Shown here piece after piece: positions 55,655 through 64,000 of a DNA stretch of 64,000 nt (its first letter is position 1; every line of letters starts with the position of its first letter). The position numbers and the translations under genes were made by a program. This DNA comes from an uncultured Clostridia bacterium. Its GTDB lineage: Bacteria; Bacillota; Clostridia; Lachnospirales; CAMVHY01. A model generated the notes under the pieces. It was not told the DNA's origin. It made no database searches and saw only the letters and a program-made list of their open reading frames with translations. The stretch is from NCBI GenBank assembly GCA_947073045.1, contig CAMTJU010000001.1, positions 45,783 to 109,782 of the forward strand, given 5' to 3'.

Positions 55655-57988
55655 CTAATTTATTTGAGCAATAATCTTAATTTTGTCACTGCCCAAAAAT
55701 TTTATAGCCACAGCTCCGCTTTGAGCTGTATTTATTAACGGAATATTTAAATCTTGCAAACGTTGCACAATTTCTTTGCTTGGATGTCCGTAAGAATTAT
55801 TTACACCGCTGCTTACAATTGCCAAACTCGGATTTACTTTCTTTAAAAATTCTAATGTGGAAGAAGTTTTTGAACCGTGATGCGCTAATTTTAAAATATC
55901 TGCGCTAATATTTTCATTGGACAATAAAATTTCCTGTTCAGCATTTTTTTCGATATCACCCGTAAACAAAATATCTTTTCCTTCCAGATTTAATTTTAGA
56001 ACCAAAGAAGTATCGTTGTTATTTTCAGCCTTGGTATTTTCAAAAGGATACAAACAATAAAAATCCGCCTTATTAAATTTCAAATCATCGCCCGATTTCA
56101 AATAATAAATTGGTACAGAAAATTTTTCTGCTTCCAAAATTAATTTTTGTGATAAATCATCGTCAGAAATTTTTTCAGACAAAAAAATTTGCCCAACATT
56201 TTTTTTGCTTAATAATTCAATTATACCAATAATATGGTCGGCATCGCTGTGAGAAACAAAAACTGCATCAACATAATTTTTTGCTTTGTAATCCAAATAC
56301 GGAACAAGAATATTTACGCCGGTATTGTTTCCAATATCCTGAGTTCTTTTGCCGCCGCCGTCAATTATAAAAGTTTGCCCGCTGTTTACAACAAAACAAT
56401 CTCCCTGCCCTACATCGAGCATAACAATTTCTGATGCCTTTGGAAAAAATATTGCAATAACAATACAAAATGCAAAAAAAATTGAATAGCAAGCAAAATA
56501 TTTTTTAGCGCTAGTAAATTTTTCATTGAAGCTACTTAGCATAAATATGAGCAAAAAAATCCAAACTAAATAAAAAATTATAAAGGCAAAATTTACGTAC
56601 CCAACTAATATTTTTGAAAATGGTAGCGCAATAAAAATTTGGCTGACTTTCTCATAAAACCTAAGCAATAAAAAAATGGGCGCAGATAAAAAACTTGATG
56701 CCTCAATGCAAAACAATCCAATAATTCCTACAGCAAATCCCAATATGACAACGAGCGATATGTTTGGCAAAACAAACAAATTTACAAAAATGCTGTACGG
56801 TGTAAAATAATAAAAATAATAGAGTGTAACAACAAAAGTAAATAAAGATGCAGCAATTGATGCCGAAAAATATTTTTCAACAAATCTATTTTTAAGAAAA
56901 AGATTAAGCTCTGGAATTTTTAATGCCGCCAGCGAAAATCCTCTTTGAATTGCAAAATTGCAAGTTGCAATTCCAAACACTGCCCCAAACGAATATTCAA
57001 AGCCAACATCAAAAATATAAAATGGGTTATACATAAGAAGGATTAAAGCTGCAAATGATAATGAAGTAATTAAATCGCGCTCACGATAAATTATATCTCC
57101 AATAATTATAATAGACGCCATAATTACCGCACGTACTGTCGAAACACTCGAACCTGTCATTATGCAATATAAAATCAACAACAAAATTGAAATAAAACCA
57201 GACGTCTTTTGACTGCATAAAAATCTCAATAAAAAATTAAAGGCCAAAGCTACGATAGAAATATGCAATCCTGAAATTGCAAGAATGTGATAAATGCCAG
57301 CCGTTTTGTATAACTCACTTGTGTAATCATCTAAATCCGATTTATCACCAATAATCATTGATTTAATAATAGAAGCTTCTTTGCTCTGAAAGATCGTATC
57401 GTAAACATCACCCAAATTATTTCTAAATTGCTCAAGATGGTAAAGCAAATGATTTTCTATTTGCCCATTTTCAATTTTATTAGGAAACATTTTATAAAAA
57501 AGTAAATGCGTACGAAAATAATTTTCTTCGTCAAAGCCACCTGGATTTCTTTTTTTACTTGGCAACAATAATTTGCCAGACATAGTAATTTTTTCGCCCA
57601 TATTTGCAAGTTGTTCTTTATCGTCTGAAAAATAAACTTGTATATTAAAACTTTTCTCGATTGAATTTCCATCGCCCGTTTCAAAATTTAGAGTCTTGAC
57701 TATCGCACGATGATAATTTCTTATCGGCCCTACATTCTTCACTATCCCCGTAACAATTATATTTTTATTTATAAATTCGTCAGGCAATAAAGTTTTAGAA
57801 AATTGAGTGCGACCAACTCCACAAAAAAATATCACAAAAAACAACAGCATTGATTTTATTCCATATTTATAATAAATAAAAATCAATGCTGAAAAAATAA
57901 TTCCTACTGCAAAAATAAAATTAGTTAATTGCGATAAAACAATCCCTAAAATAAAAAACAGTACGCAAATGAATAATGGACGCTTCAT
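55655..57988 (-). CDS. comEC: DNA internalization-related competence protein ComEC/Rec2
   Basis: 777-aa ORF with a polytopic competence domain and a C-terminal metallo-beta-lactamase domain (MLDVGQGD, HSDADH, HHGS). Confidence 0.9.
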   Translation of the reverse strand: MKRPLFICVLFFILGIVLSQLTNFIFAVGIIFSALIFIYYKYGIKSMLLFFVIFFCGVGRTQFSKTLLPDEFINKNIIVTGIVKNVGPIRNYHRAIVKTLNFETGDGNSIEKSFNIQVYFSDDKEQLANMGEKITMSGKLLLPSKKRNPGGFDEENYFRTHLLFYKMFPNKIENGQIENHLLYHLEQFRNNLGDVYDTIFQSKEASIIKSMIIGDKSDLDDYTSELYKTAGIYHILAISGLHISIVALAFNFLLRFLCSQKTSGFISILLLILYCIMTGSSVSTVRAVIMASIIIIGDIIYRERDLITSLSFAALILLMYNPFYIFDVGFEYSFGAVFGIATCNFAIQRGFSLAALKIPELNLFLKNRFVEKYFSASIAASLFTFVVTLYYFYYFTPYSIFVNLFVLPNISLVVILGFAVGIIGLFCIEASSFLSAPIFLLLRFYEKVSQIFIALPFSKILVGYVNFAFIIFYLVWIFLLIFMLSSFNEKFTSAKKYFACYSIFFAFCIVIAIFFPKASEIVMLDVGQGDCFVVNSGQTFIIDGGGKRTQDIGNNTGVNILVPYLDYKAKNYVDAVFVSHSDADHIIGIIELLSKKNVGQIFLSEKISDDDLSQKLILEAEKFSVPIYYLKSGDDLKFNKADFYCLYPFENTKAENNNDTSLVLKLNLEGKDILFTGDIEKNAEQEILLSNENISADILKLAHHGSKTSSTLEFLKKVNPSLAIVSSGVNNSYGHPSKEIVQRLQDLNIPLINTAQSGAVAIKFLGSDKIKIIAQIN

Positions 57989-58923
57989 TTTTCTTCACGC
58001 TTTATAATTTTTTCATTGCGCTCAATCGGTTTATTTAAATCAAAAATCCATGCAGGCTGATTTGTTTTCTCAGACTCAATAAGAAATTGAACTTTATTTA
58101 TATTTTCAAGCTCGGTCAATGAATTTACAATTGAGTATAATGCAAACTTTTGGCTTTCACTATCATTATTCTTGTTTGCAAATTCACCACTTAAACTTAC
58201 GTAACAAATGCCTTCATCAGTTTTTATATCATGGATTTTAGTTTCAGGTGGAACAGTTGCAGACAAATCCGAATTTATTGGTCCCGATATTATTTGTTCC
58301 AATACGTATCTTTCAAGAGGTTGATTCGGATTTATATTTATCATGCGTTCCTCACACGATAATTTATTTTTATCGCGAAAATACAATTTAACAAGATACA
58401 AATCAGTTTTTTCATCAGAAATTTGCGGATTAATAACAACGTTTGTACGATTTAACCCTCCCATAGATGAACCATCACTTTTTTTTAATGGCTGAGAATC
58501 TACAAATATAATTACATTATCGACAAAATCTAAACTTGTCAAAGTCCAAACGAGAGAACTGCGAAAAAAAAGTTCGTCCTGCGCATTCAAATTATTGTAC
58601 TCATTTGAAAAATTTATTTGCGCAGACCTATCATCATTTAATTCAATATCTATAACTTTTAAATTTGTAATAGGAAATGCAGATAAATTTTTACTTTTTG
58701 GGCCTTCATACAAAATATTTATTGCGTCGGACAAAATCTTTTTATTGTCACTATCTGAAATGCTTCGATACTCCTGCTCGATTAAATTTTCAACCAAATT
58801 AGGAAAATAAGTTTCAATTTTCACACGGTCAATTGTTTTGCTATTTATTATGCTAAATATAAAAAGACTGCAAAATACAGCAATGCAAATCAAAATTATA
58901 ACAACTAGATTATTTTTATTCAT
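57985..58923 (-). CDS. GerM-domain (GerMN) lipoprotein-like sporulation/germination protein
   Basis: N-terminal TM/signal anchor and two GerMN-like repeats (..LYFRDKN..LSCEERMIN.., ..CYVSLSGEF..). Start at the ATG at 58923. Overlaps the comEC start by 4 nt. Confidence 0.65.
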   Translation of the reverse strand: MNKNNLVVIILICIAVFCSLFIFSIINSKTIDRVKIETYFPNLVENLIEQEYRSISDSDNKKILSDAINILYEGPKSKNLSAFPITNLKVIDIELNDDRSAQINFSNEYNNLNAQDELFFRSSLVWTLTSLDFVDNVIIFVDSQPLKKSDGSSMGGLNRTNVVINPQISDEKTDLYLVKLYFRDKNKLSCEERMININPNQPLERYVLEQIISGPINSDLSATVPPETKIHDIKTDEGICYVSLSGEFANKNNDSESQKFALYSIVNSLTELENINKVQFLIESEKTNQPAWIFDLNKPIERNEKIIKREEK

Positions 58924-59060
58924 TGTCCATCCCACCAAAACAATTCTCTTTTTTTAATAATATCACATATGCAAAAATATTTATAAAATCATGTTGCTAA
59001 ATAATCTTTTAAGTCGTATAATAATTTCAAGCAACAAAAAATTTGAAAGGAGAAAACAAA

Positions 59061-59519
59061 ATGATTTTTTGGGCATTATTTTTATTACTACTTGGAATTT
59101 TATTTTTTGCTGTAGAAATATTTGTACCGGGATTTGGAATTTTTGGCGCGTTTAGTTTCATTTCTATCACTGCATCATTTTTTATAATTTTTATTTATGT
59201 ACCATATGGATTTTTTGTAGTCGCAGCCCAATTAATTTTGCTTATCATAGCTTCCATTATATTGATTCACGTTATCAAAAAGCATAAAATCATTAATAGA
59301 CTGATTTTAAGCGAAAATCTCAACGATGATAAAAAAATAAACCCCGATTCATTTTTAAACAAAGTTGGTATTACAACTACTATGCTTAAACCATCGGGAT
59401 TTGTCAAATTTGACAATGATACCGTTGAAGTATATTCGCAATCAGGTTTAATTAAACCTAATGTGAATGTAAAAGTAACTCAGGTTTATAATAAAAAAAT
59501 TTTTGTTGATAAAATTTAG
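59061..59519 (+). CDS. NfeD family membrane protein
   Basis: Three TM helices plus a C-terminal OB-like domain ([24 protein letters not shown]). Precedes floA, as yqfB-yqfA does. Start at the ATG after AAAGGAGA. Confidence 0.75.
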   Translation: MIFWALFLLLLGILFFAVEIFVPGFGIFGAFSFISITASFFIIFIYVPYGFFVVAAQLILLIIASIILIHVIKKHKIINRLILSENLNDDKKINPDSFLNKVGITTTMLKPSGFVKFDNDTVEVYSQSGLIKPNVNVKVTQVYNKKIFVDKI

Positions 59520-59533
59520 TTTTTATTGGAGGT

Positions 59534-60595
59534 ATGTTTATGAATATTTTCGGTATGTTTTTCATTATGTTTTTTATTATAATTGTTTTTGCTTTGTTGT
59601 CTTTCTTGATTAATATTATTCCTATAGGTCTTTGGATTTCAGCTGCAGCCGCTGGTGTTAACATTAGCCTTGCTTCATTGATTGGAATGCGTCTTAGGAG
59701 AACTAACGTCAATATAATTATAAAAGCTACAATAAAAGGTACAAAGGCTGGTTTGGATTTGTCAATGTCACAACTTGAATCACATTATTTATCAGGCGGA
59801 AAAGTCGATAATGTAGTCGATGCATTAATTGCTGCACATCGCGCAAATTTAGATTTGTCATTTGAAAGAGCTGCCGCAATAGATTTGGCAGGTCGCGATG
59901 TTTTTGAAGCTGTAAGAATGAGCGTTACTCCTAAAATTATTGAAACACCTTGTATTTCTGCTGTTGCTATCGACGGTATTGAAGTTAAAGTTATTGCAAG
60001 AGTTACAGTTCGCGCAAATATTGCAAGGTTAGTCGGAGGAGCCGGTGAAGAAACAATAATAGCACGTGTAGGCGAAGGAATTGTAACCACGCTTGGTTCT
60101 TCGCAAAGTCATAAAGATGTATTGGAAAACCCAGACAAAATTTCGCAGACAGTTCTTGCAAAAGGACTTGATTCAGGTACAGCATTTGAAATACTTTCAA
60201 TTGATATAGCAGATATAGACATAGGAAGAAACATTGGGGCTCACTTGCAAATTCAGCAAGCTGAAGCAGATAAACAAATAGCGCAGGCAAAGGCAGAAGA
60301 GCGCCGTGCATTAGCCATTGCAAAAGAACAAGAAATGAAAGCGTACGTAGAGGAAATGCGAGCAAAAGTAGTTGAATCAGAAGCACAAGTTCCGCTTGCA
60401 ATAGCCGAAGCATTCCAAAAAGGAAACATATGTGTTGGCGAATACTATAATTTAGAAAATAAGCTAGCAGATACAAGAATGAGAGATGCAATAAGTAAAA
60501 TAAAGGATGTAAATATAAATCTTGAAAACAAAAACAATAATCAAAGTGAAAGTAAAAAGAGTACAAAAAAAAGCGATAATCCCGAAGCTAATTAA
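59534..60595 (+). CDS. floA: Flotillin-like protein FloA (UPF0365/YqfA)
   Basis: 353-aa ORF with ..[27 protein letters not shown].. and a SPFH-like body. Confidence 0.85.
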   Translation: MFMNIFGMFFIMFFIIIVFALLSFLINIIPIGLWISAAAAGVNISLASLIGMRLRRTNVNIIIKATIKGTKAGLDLSMSQLESHYLSGGKVDNVVDALIAAHRANLDLSFERAAAIDLAGRDVFEAVRMSVTPKIIETPCISAVAIDGIEVKVIARVTVRANIARLVGGAGEETIIARVGEGIVTTLGSSQSHKDVLENPDKISQTVLAKGLDSGTAFEILSIDIADIDIGRNIGAHLQIQQAEADKQIAQAKAEERRALAIAKEQEMKAYVEEMRAKVVESEAQVPLAIAEAFQKGNICVGEYYNLENKLADTRMRDAISKIKDVNINLENKNNNQSESKKSTKKSDNPEAN

Positions 60596-61004
60596 TTTCA
60601 ATTAATCGATAACTTTCACCATGGGCTAAATTTTTAGAGATGTTAATCCAAACGGCAAAGTCCGGAATAATATCTTTAATAAATTTAGCCCATTCTATAA
60701 TGCAAATACCGTCGCCGTAAAAATAATCTTCATAATTTGTATAATCCATTTCATCTAGTGAAGAAATTCTGTATACATCAAAATGATATAATTTAATCGG
60801 TCCGTTGTATTCATTTACAATACTAAAAGTTGGGCTAGATACACTATCTTTAATTCCAATGGCATTTGCAAAAGCACTGACAAAAAAAGTTTTGCCACTG
60901 CCAAGTTCACCGTCCATACAAAAAATATTGCCGGGCTTTGCATTTTTAGCAATCTTTTCAGCAATTTTTTTAGTGTCGAATTCAGATAAGCTTGTATATA
61001 TCAT
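60588..61004 (-). CDS. tsaE: tRNA t6A biosynthesis ATPase TsaE
   Basis: Walker [11 protein letters not shown] and HFDVYR. Start at the ATG at 61004 after GGTGG. The extension in the ORF track is hydrophobic antisense noise. Confidence 0.85.
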   Translation of the reverse strand: MIYTSLSEFDTKKIAEKIAKNAKPGNIFCMDGELGSGKTFFVSAFANAIGIKDSVSSPTFSIVNEYNGPIKLYHFDVYRISSLDEMDYTNYEDYFYGDGICIIEWAKFIKDIIPDFAVWINISKNLAHGESYRLIEIN

Positions 61005-61062
61005 AATTAACCACCAAAAATATTTTAGCATAAAAAAAATAGAGAATGCGGGTGAAAAATTA

Positions 61063-61266
61063 GTGAATGATTTTTTAAAAGGAATTAGCCTAATTACGCA
61101 GATAGGCATAAATTTATTTATTACAATTTTTTTAGGACTAATGGCGGGAAAATTTTTAGATAATCTATTTAATACAAAACCAATATTTCTTATTATATTT
61201 ATTTTGCTAGGGATAGCAGCTGCATTTAGAAATTTATTTATTATGACGAAAAAATATTTTAAATGA
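61063..61266 (+). CDS. AtpZ/AtpI-family small membrane protein
   Basis: GTG start after GGGTGA. Two TM helices: ..GINLFITIFLGLMAGKFLD...LLGIAAAFRNLF.. Confidence 0.6.
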   Translation: MNDFLKGISLITQIGINLFITIFLGLMAGKFLDNLFNTKPIFLIIFILLGIAAAFRNLFIMTKKYFK

Positions 61267-61267
61267 G

Positions 61268-61642
61268 GTGCAAAAGTTGTTTAAATTATCAAAAACTGGT
61301 TTCGATATGCTCAAAAATATTTTGTATATATTTTTTATTGCACTTTTGGGTGCTTTTTTTATGCAAAATCATTTCGCATACATAATAGGGTTAATATTAG
61401 GAATAATTTTTGCTATAATAAAATTGTTGCATTTGGAAAGGTCAATAAATAATTCATTGGATATGGACTCTCAAAATGCAAAAAATTATGTTTTTGCTCA
61501 ATACATGTTTAGATATTTAATTAGCGCACTGGTTTTATTTGTTGTCTTGACAAACAAATATATCAGTACAATTGGATTCATTATCGGATTACTTTCATTA
61601 CAAATTTCTGCTTACATTACCGGTTTTAAAAAAAAGGAGTAA
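61268..61642 (+). CDS. atpI: ATP synthase subunit I
   Basis: 124-aa ORF with 4 TM helices, positioned immediately before atpB. Confidence 0.65.
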   Translation: MQKLFKLSKTGFDMLKNILYIFFIALLGAFFMQNHFAYIIGLILGIIFAIIKLLHLERSINNSLDMDSQNAKNYVFAQYMFRYLISALVLFVVLTNKYISTIGFIIGLLSLQISAYITGFKKKE

Positions 61643-61647
61643 TTAAA

Positions 61648-62328
61648 ATGGATTTTAATAATAAAGTTTATACCATTGTAAAAATTTTTGGTATAGACAT
61701 TTGGATTACAGAAACTTTAGTTAACACTTGGATAATAATTCTATTTTTGTCTATATTTGCCGTGACAGTTAATATTTTATTGAAAAAATTTGATTCAATA
61801 CCTCGTGGCTTTCAAAATTTTATCGAATTGATTGTTGAATCCATCGACAACATGACCAAAAGCAATATGGGTGAAGAATATTCGTATTTTGCCGGATGGT
61901 TCTTTAGTGTATTTGCTTTTCTTTTGTGTTCAAATTTATCGGGATTAGTCGGATTACGGCCTCCTACTGCAGATTTGGCTACAACTTTGACATTTGCACT
62001 TATAACATTTTTTTTAATTCACCTAATGGGAATAGTAACTGGCGGCAAAAAATATTTTAAATCATACATTGAACCATTTCCTTTGCTTTTGCCAATAAAC
62101 ATTATAGGAGAAATTGCTACGCCTATTTCGTTAAGCTTTCGTTTATTCGGAAATATTTTTGGCGGCCTTGTAATAACAGGAATGATATATTCACTCTTTC
62201 CATTAATTTTAAAATTGGGATTGCCTGGTATATTTCATATATATTTTGACGTATTTGCAGGTGTATTGCAGGCATTTATTTTCGTAATATTAAGCATGAC
62301 TTTTATAAAAGATAAGATTCCCGATTGA
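61648..62328 (+). CDS. atpB: F0F1 ATP synthase subunit a
   Basis: 226-aa ORF with LSFRLFGNIFGG containing the essential Arg. Confidence 0.9.
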   Translation: MDFNNKVYTIVKIFGIDIWITETLVNTWIIILFLSIFAVTVNILLKKFDSIPRGFQNFIELIVESIDNMTKSNMGEEYSYFAGWFFSVFAFLLCSNLSGLVGLRPPTADLATTLTFALITFFLIHLMGIVTGGKKYFKSYIEPFPLLLPINIIGEIATPISLSFRLFGNIFGGLVITGMIYSLFPLILKLGLPGIFHIYFDVFAGVLQAFIFVILSMTFIKDKIPD

Positions 62329-62353
62329 TTTTTTCAACTATCTCAATAACAAT

Positions 62354-62386
62354 AAAAAATCTCAAGCATTTGCTTGAGATTTTTTT
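62354..62386. terminator. Strong terminator directly after atpB
   Basis: AAAAAATCTCAAGCA-TT-TGCTTGAGATTTTTTT, lying between atpB and the convergent vanW-like gene. Confidence 0.65.
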
Positions 62387-62423
62387 GTTGTGTAATCAAA
62401 ATTATTTTCGCTTTAACAATTTA

Positions 62424-63812
62424 TTACTCTTTTTTTGTTCCAACTTTCGTTATACCACGCACTGATTTATAGTAACTTGAATTAACAAGAATTTTGTCTA
62501 CTTGCTTACCGTTTTCATAAACAATCTTATATAATTTATATCTGTAACCCTTTTTCGACTGCTTAACTATTTGTTTTTCGCCTTCTTTTAATTCATCTGT
62601 ATAAATAATTGTTTCGGCTGGTGGCTGAATTGTTTCAACCAAGGCATTTTCAAATTTTATTTTGCGTGAAGATGAGCGACTTTCTGCTCCGTATATTTTT
62701 ATTGTCAAACTGTTCGAATTTATTATGCTTTCTATCAATATTGGAGATTTGGTTGAGTTTTTAAATTTAAAATCTATATAATCACCCGCTAGTGTCGCAT
62801 CATATCCATAATCTACATATCCAACTTTTAAAGAATGATTTTGTCTTTGCGTCACGGTTAATTCAGAAAACAAAACAGCATTATATAAAGCAGTTGAAAC
62901 CTGGCAAATCCCGCCGCCTAAATCATCAACAATTTCCCCACCAACTATAACTGGAGCATTTTTATAACCATTTTTAAATGTGAAAGGTTTTAATGCATCA
63001 TTTGTAGAAAATATTTCAGATGGATACACTACACAATTATTTATTTTTTGTGCAGCATTAATTATATTTGTATTTCGGTCCGGATTATTTGCATTAAATT
63101 TTGTAGTAAATGAACCGAGAACATCTTTTACATTATCGAATGCATCTTCATTGTACAAAGGTTTGATGCTTTCAAAAATTAATTCGACAGTACCAGCACT
63201 TTTTTCATCTAACAATTTTTTTAATGCTGGATACGTTGCGTCCAAATCTAACTTGCGACCATTTTCCCCAGCTGTTACAACAAATTTATTATTTACACGG
63301 CTAATCGATGCATTAACTGGTTTAACATAAACCTTACTTTCAAGCTCGCCCAATTTTGATTTTACAAACTCTTCATTAAATCCATAAGCTGCAGTAATTT
63401 TAACTGGATTGTCCTTTAATTTAACAATTTGCTCGTATCTTTTTAAAAGTGGTCCATATCTTGCATAATCATAAGCTTTTTGAACCGCATCTTTAATATC
63501 ATAAGCAGCGTTAAAATCTTTAAATGAAAATTTGTATTCATTATCTTTATCAGTAAAAACAATTATATTTTCACTTATTGGTTTTTGAAGTAGCTGATCA
63601 ATTTTTTTGAGTGCACTTTCTTTGTCCAAGCCTCCTACATCAATTTCATTAATAAAGATATTTTTGTATATAGAGTCAACTTGCACAACGCTAACTATTT
63701 TTTTATAAGACATTCTTGCAATAATTGCAATTATTGTACACGATACTAAAAATATCACTAAAAAAGTTAGCAAACGTTTCTTATTTTTATGGTGAGATTT
63801 TTTTTTGGTCAT
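62424..63812 (-). CDS. VanW family protein with a C-terminal G5-like domain
   Basis: 462-aa ORF with an N-terminal TM anchor and a VanW core (..GGGICQVSTALYNAV..). Confidence 0.8.
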   Translation of the reverse strand: MTKKKSHHKNKKRLLTFLVIFLVSCTIIAIIARMSYKKIVSVVQVDSIYKNIFINEIDVGGLDKESALKKIDQLLQKPISENIIVFTDKDNEYKFSFKDFNAAYDIKDAVQKAYDYARYGPLLKRYEQIVKLKDNPVKITAAYGFNEEFVKSKLGELESKVYVKPVNASISRVNNKFVVTAGENGRKLDLDATYPALKKLLDEKSAGTVELIFESIKPLYNEDAFDNVKDVLGSFTTKFNANNPDRNTNIINAAQKINNCVVYPSEIFSTNDALKPFTFKNGYKNAPVIVGGEIVDDLGGGICQVSTALYNAVLFSELTVTQRQNHSLKVGYVDYGYDATLAGDYIDFKFKNSTKSPILIESIINSNSLTIKIYGAESRSSSRKIKFENALVETIQPPAETIIYTDELKEGEKQIVKQSKKGYRYKLYKIVYENGKQVDKILVNSSYYKSVRGITKVGTKKE

Positions 63813-63950
63813 AATTTATTACTCCTGCAATAAATATTTCTTATCAAGATTATAATTTAAAAGCTTTCCAAAATCAATTTCATTTAAATAAATTAAATAA
63901 GTATGTTATAATTTGGCTGCAGTAAAAATTATTTATGGAGATGATGAAAT

Positions 63951-64000
63951 TTGATAGACGTAAAAAATTTAACAAAGCGTTACGGTAAAAATATTGCTAT
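63951..64000 (+). CDS. ABC transporter ATP-binding protein, 5' end only
   Basis: TTG start 10 nt after GGAG. LIDVKNLTKRYGKNIA.. is a typical ABC ATPase N-terminus. Runs off the window. Confidence 0.4.
   Translation, partial: MIDVKNLTKRYGKNIA

Overview
64-kb chromosomal segment from a very AT-rich, endospore-forming Firmicute (Clostridia-like: spoIIAA-spoIIAB-sigF, gerM, comEC, mecA, PolC). It uses the standard genetic code, since TGA ends the flavoprotein and ABC-ATPase genes at their expected C-termini. All calls come from reading the translations and the DNA by eye. Nothing was searched, so family names are recognitions from memory.

Most of the window is housekeeping:
- Replication, translation and central metabolism: polC 3' end, dnaX, proS, glnA, rnc, acpP, rarA.
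- A ywl-type block: rnhA, ftsY, upp, rpiB, tsaC.
- Further core genes: pfkA, ogt, pepT, the sigF operon, rluB, holA, comEC, nfeD-floA, tsaE, atpZ-atpI-atpB.

Two accessory regions stand out:
1. 15.6-30.8 kb is a four-unit tandem segmental duplication. Each unit carries one deeply diverged, roughly 1000-aa protein with no domain I can recognise (12.2 kb of coding sequence). Each unit has its own promoter and an inherited terminator, and is bounded by decayed fragments of the two flanking genes. The array sits next to a 298-aa protein that begins and ends with a DCGCN motif. This is my best candidate for an undescribed system.
2. 33.2-36.3 kb is a compact sactipeptide-like RiPP cluster. It encodes a 45-aa precursor with CxxCxxCxxCxxC, an RRE-radical SAM/SPASM maturase and an ABC exporter pair. 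The maturase is broken by one in-frame TAA inside the RRE.

Other notable points:
- A sugar-binding-protein pseudogene (homopolymer frameshift plus a TGA nonsense codon).
- An ANT(6)/YjdF pair inserted between comEC and holA.
- An atp operon that stops after atpB.
- A truncated MscS-like gene.
- A recurring two-hairpin terminator module.
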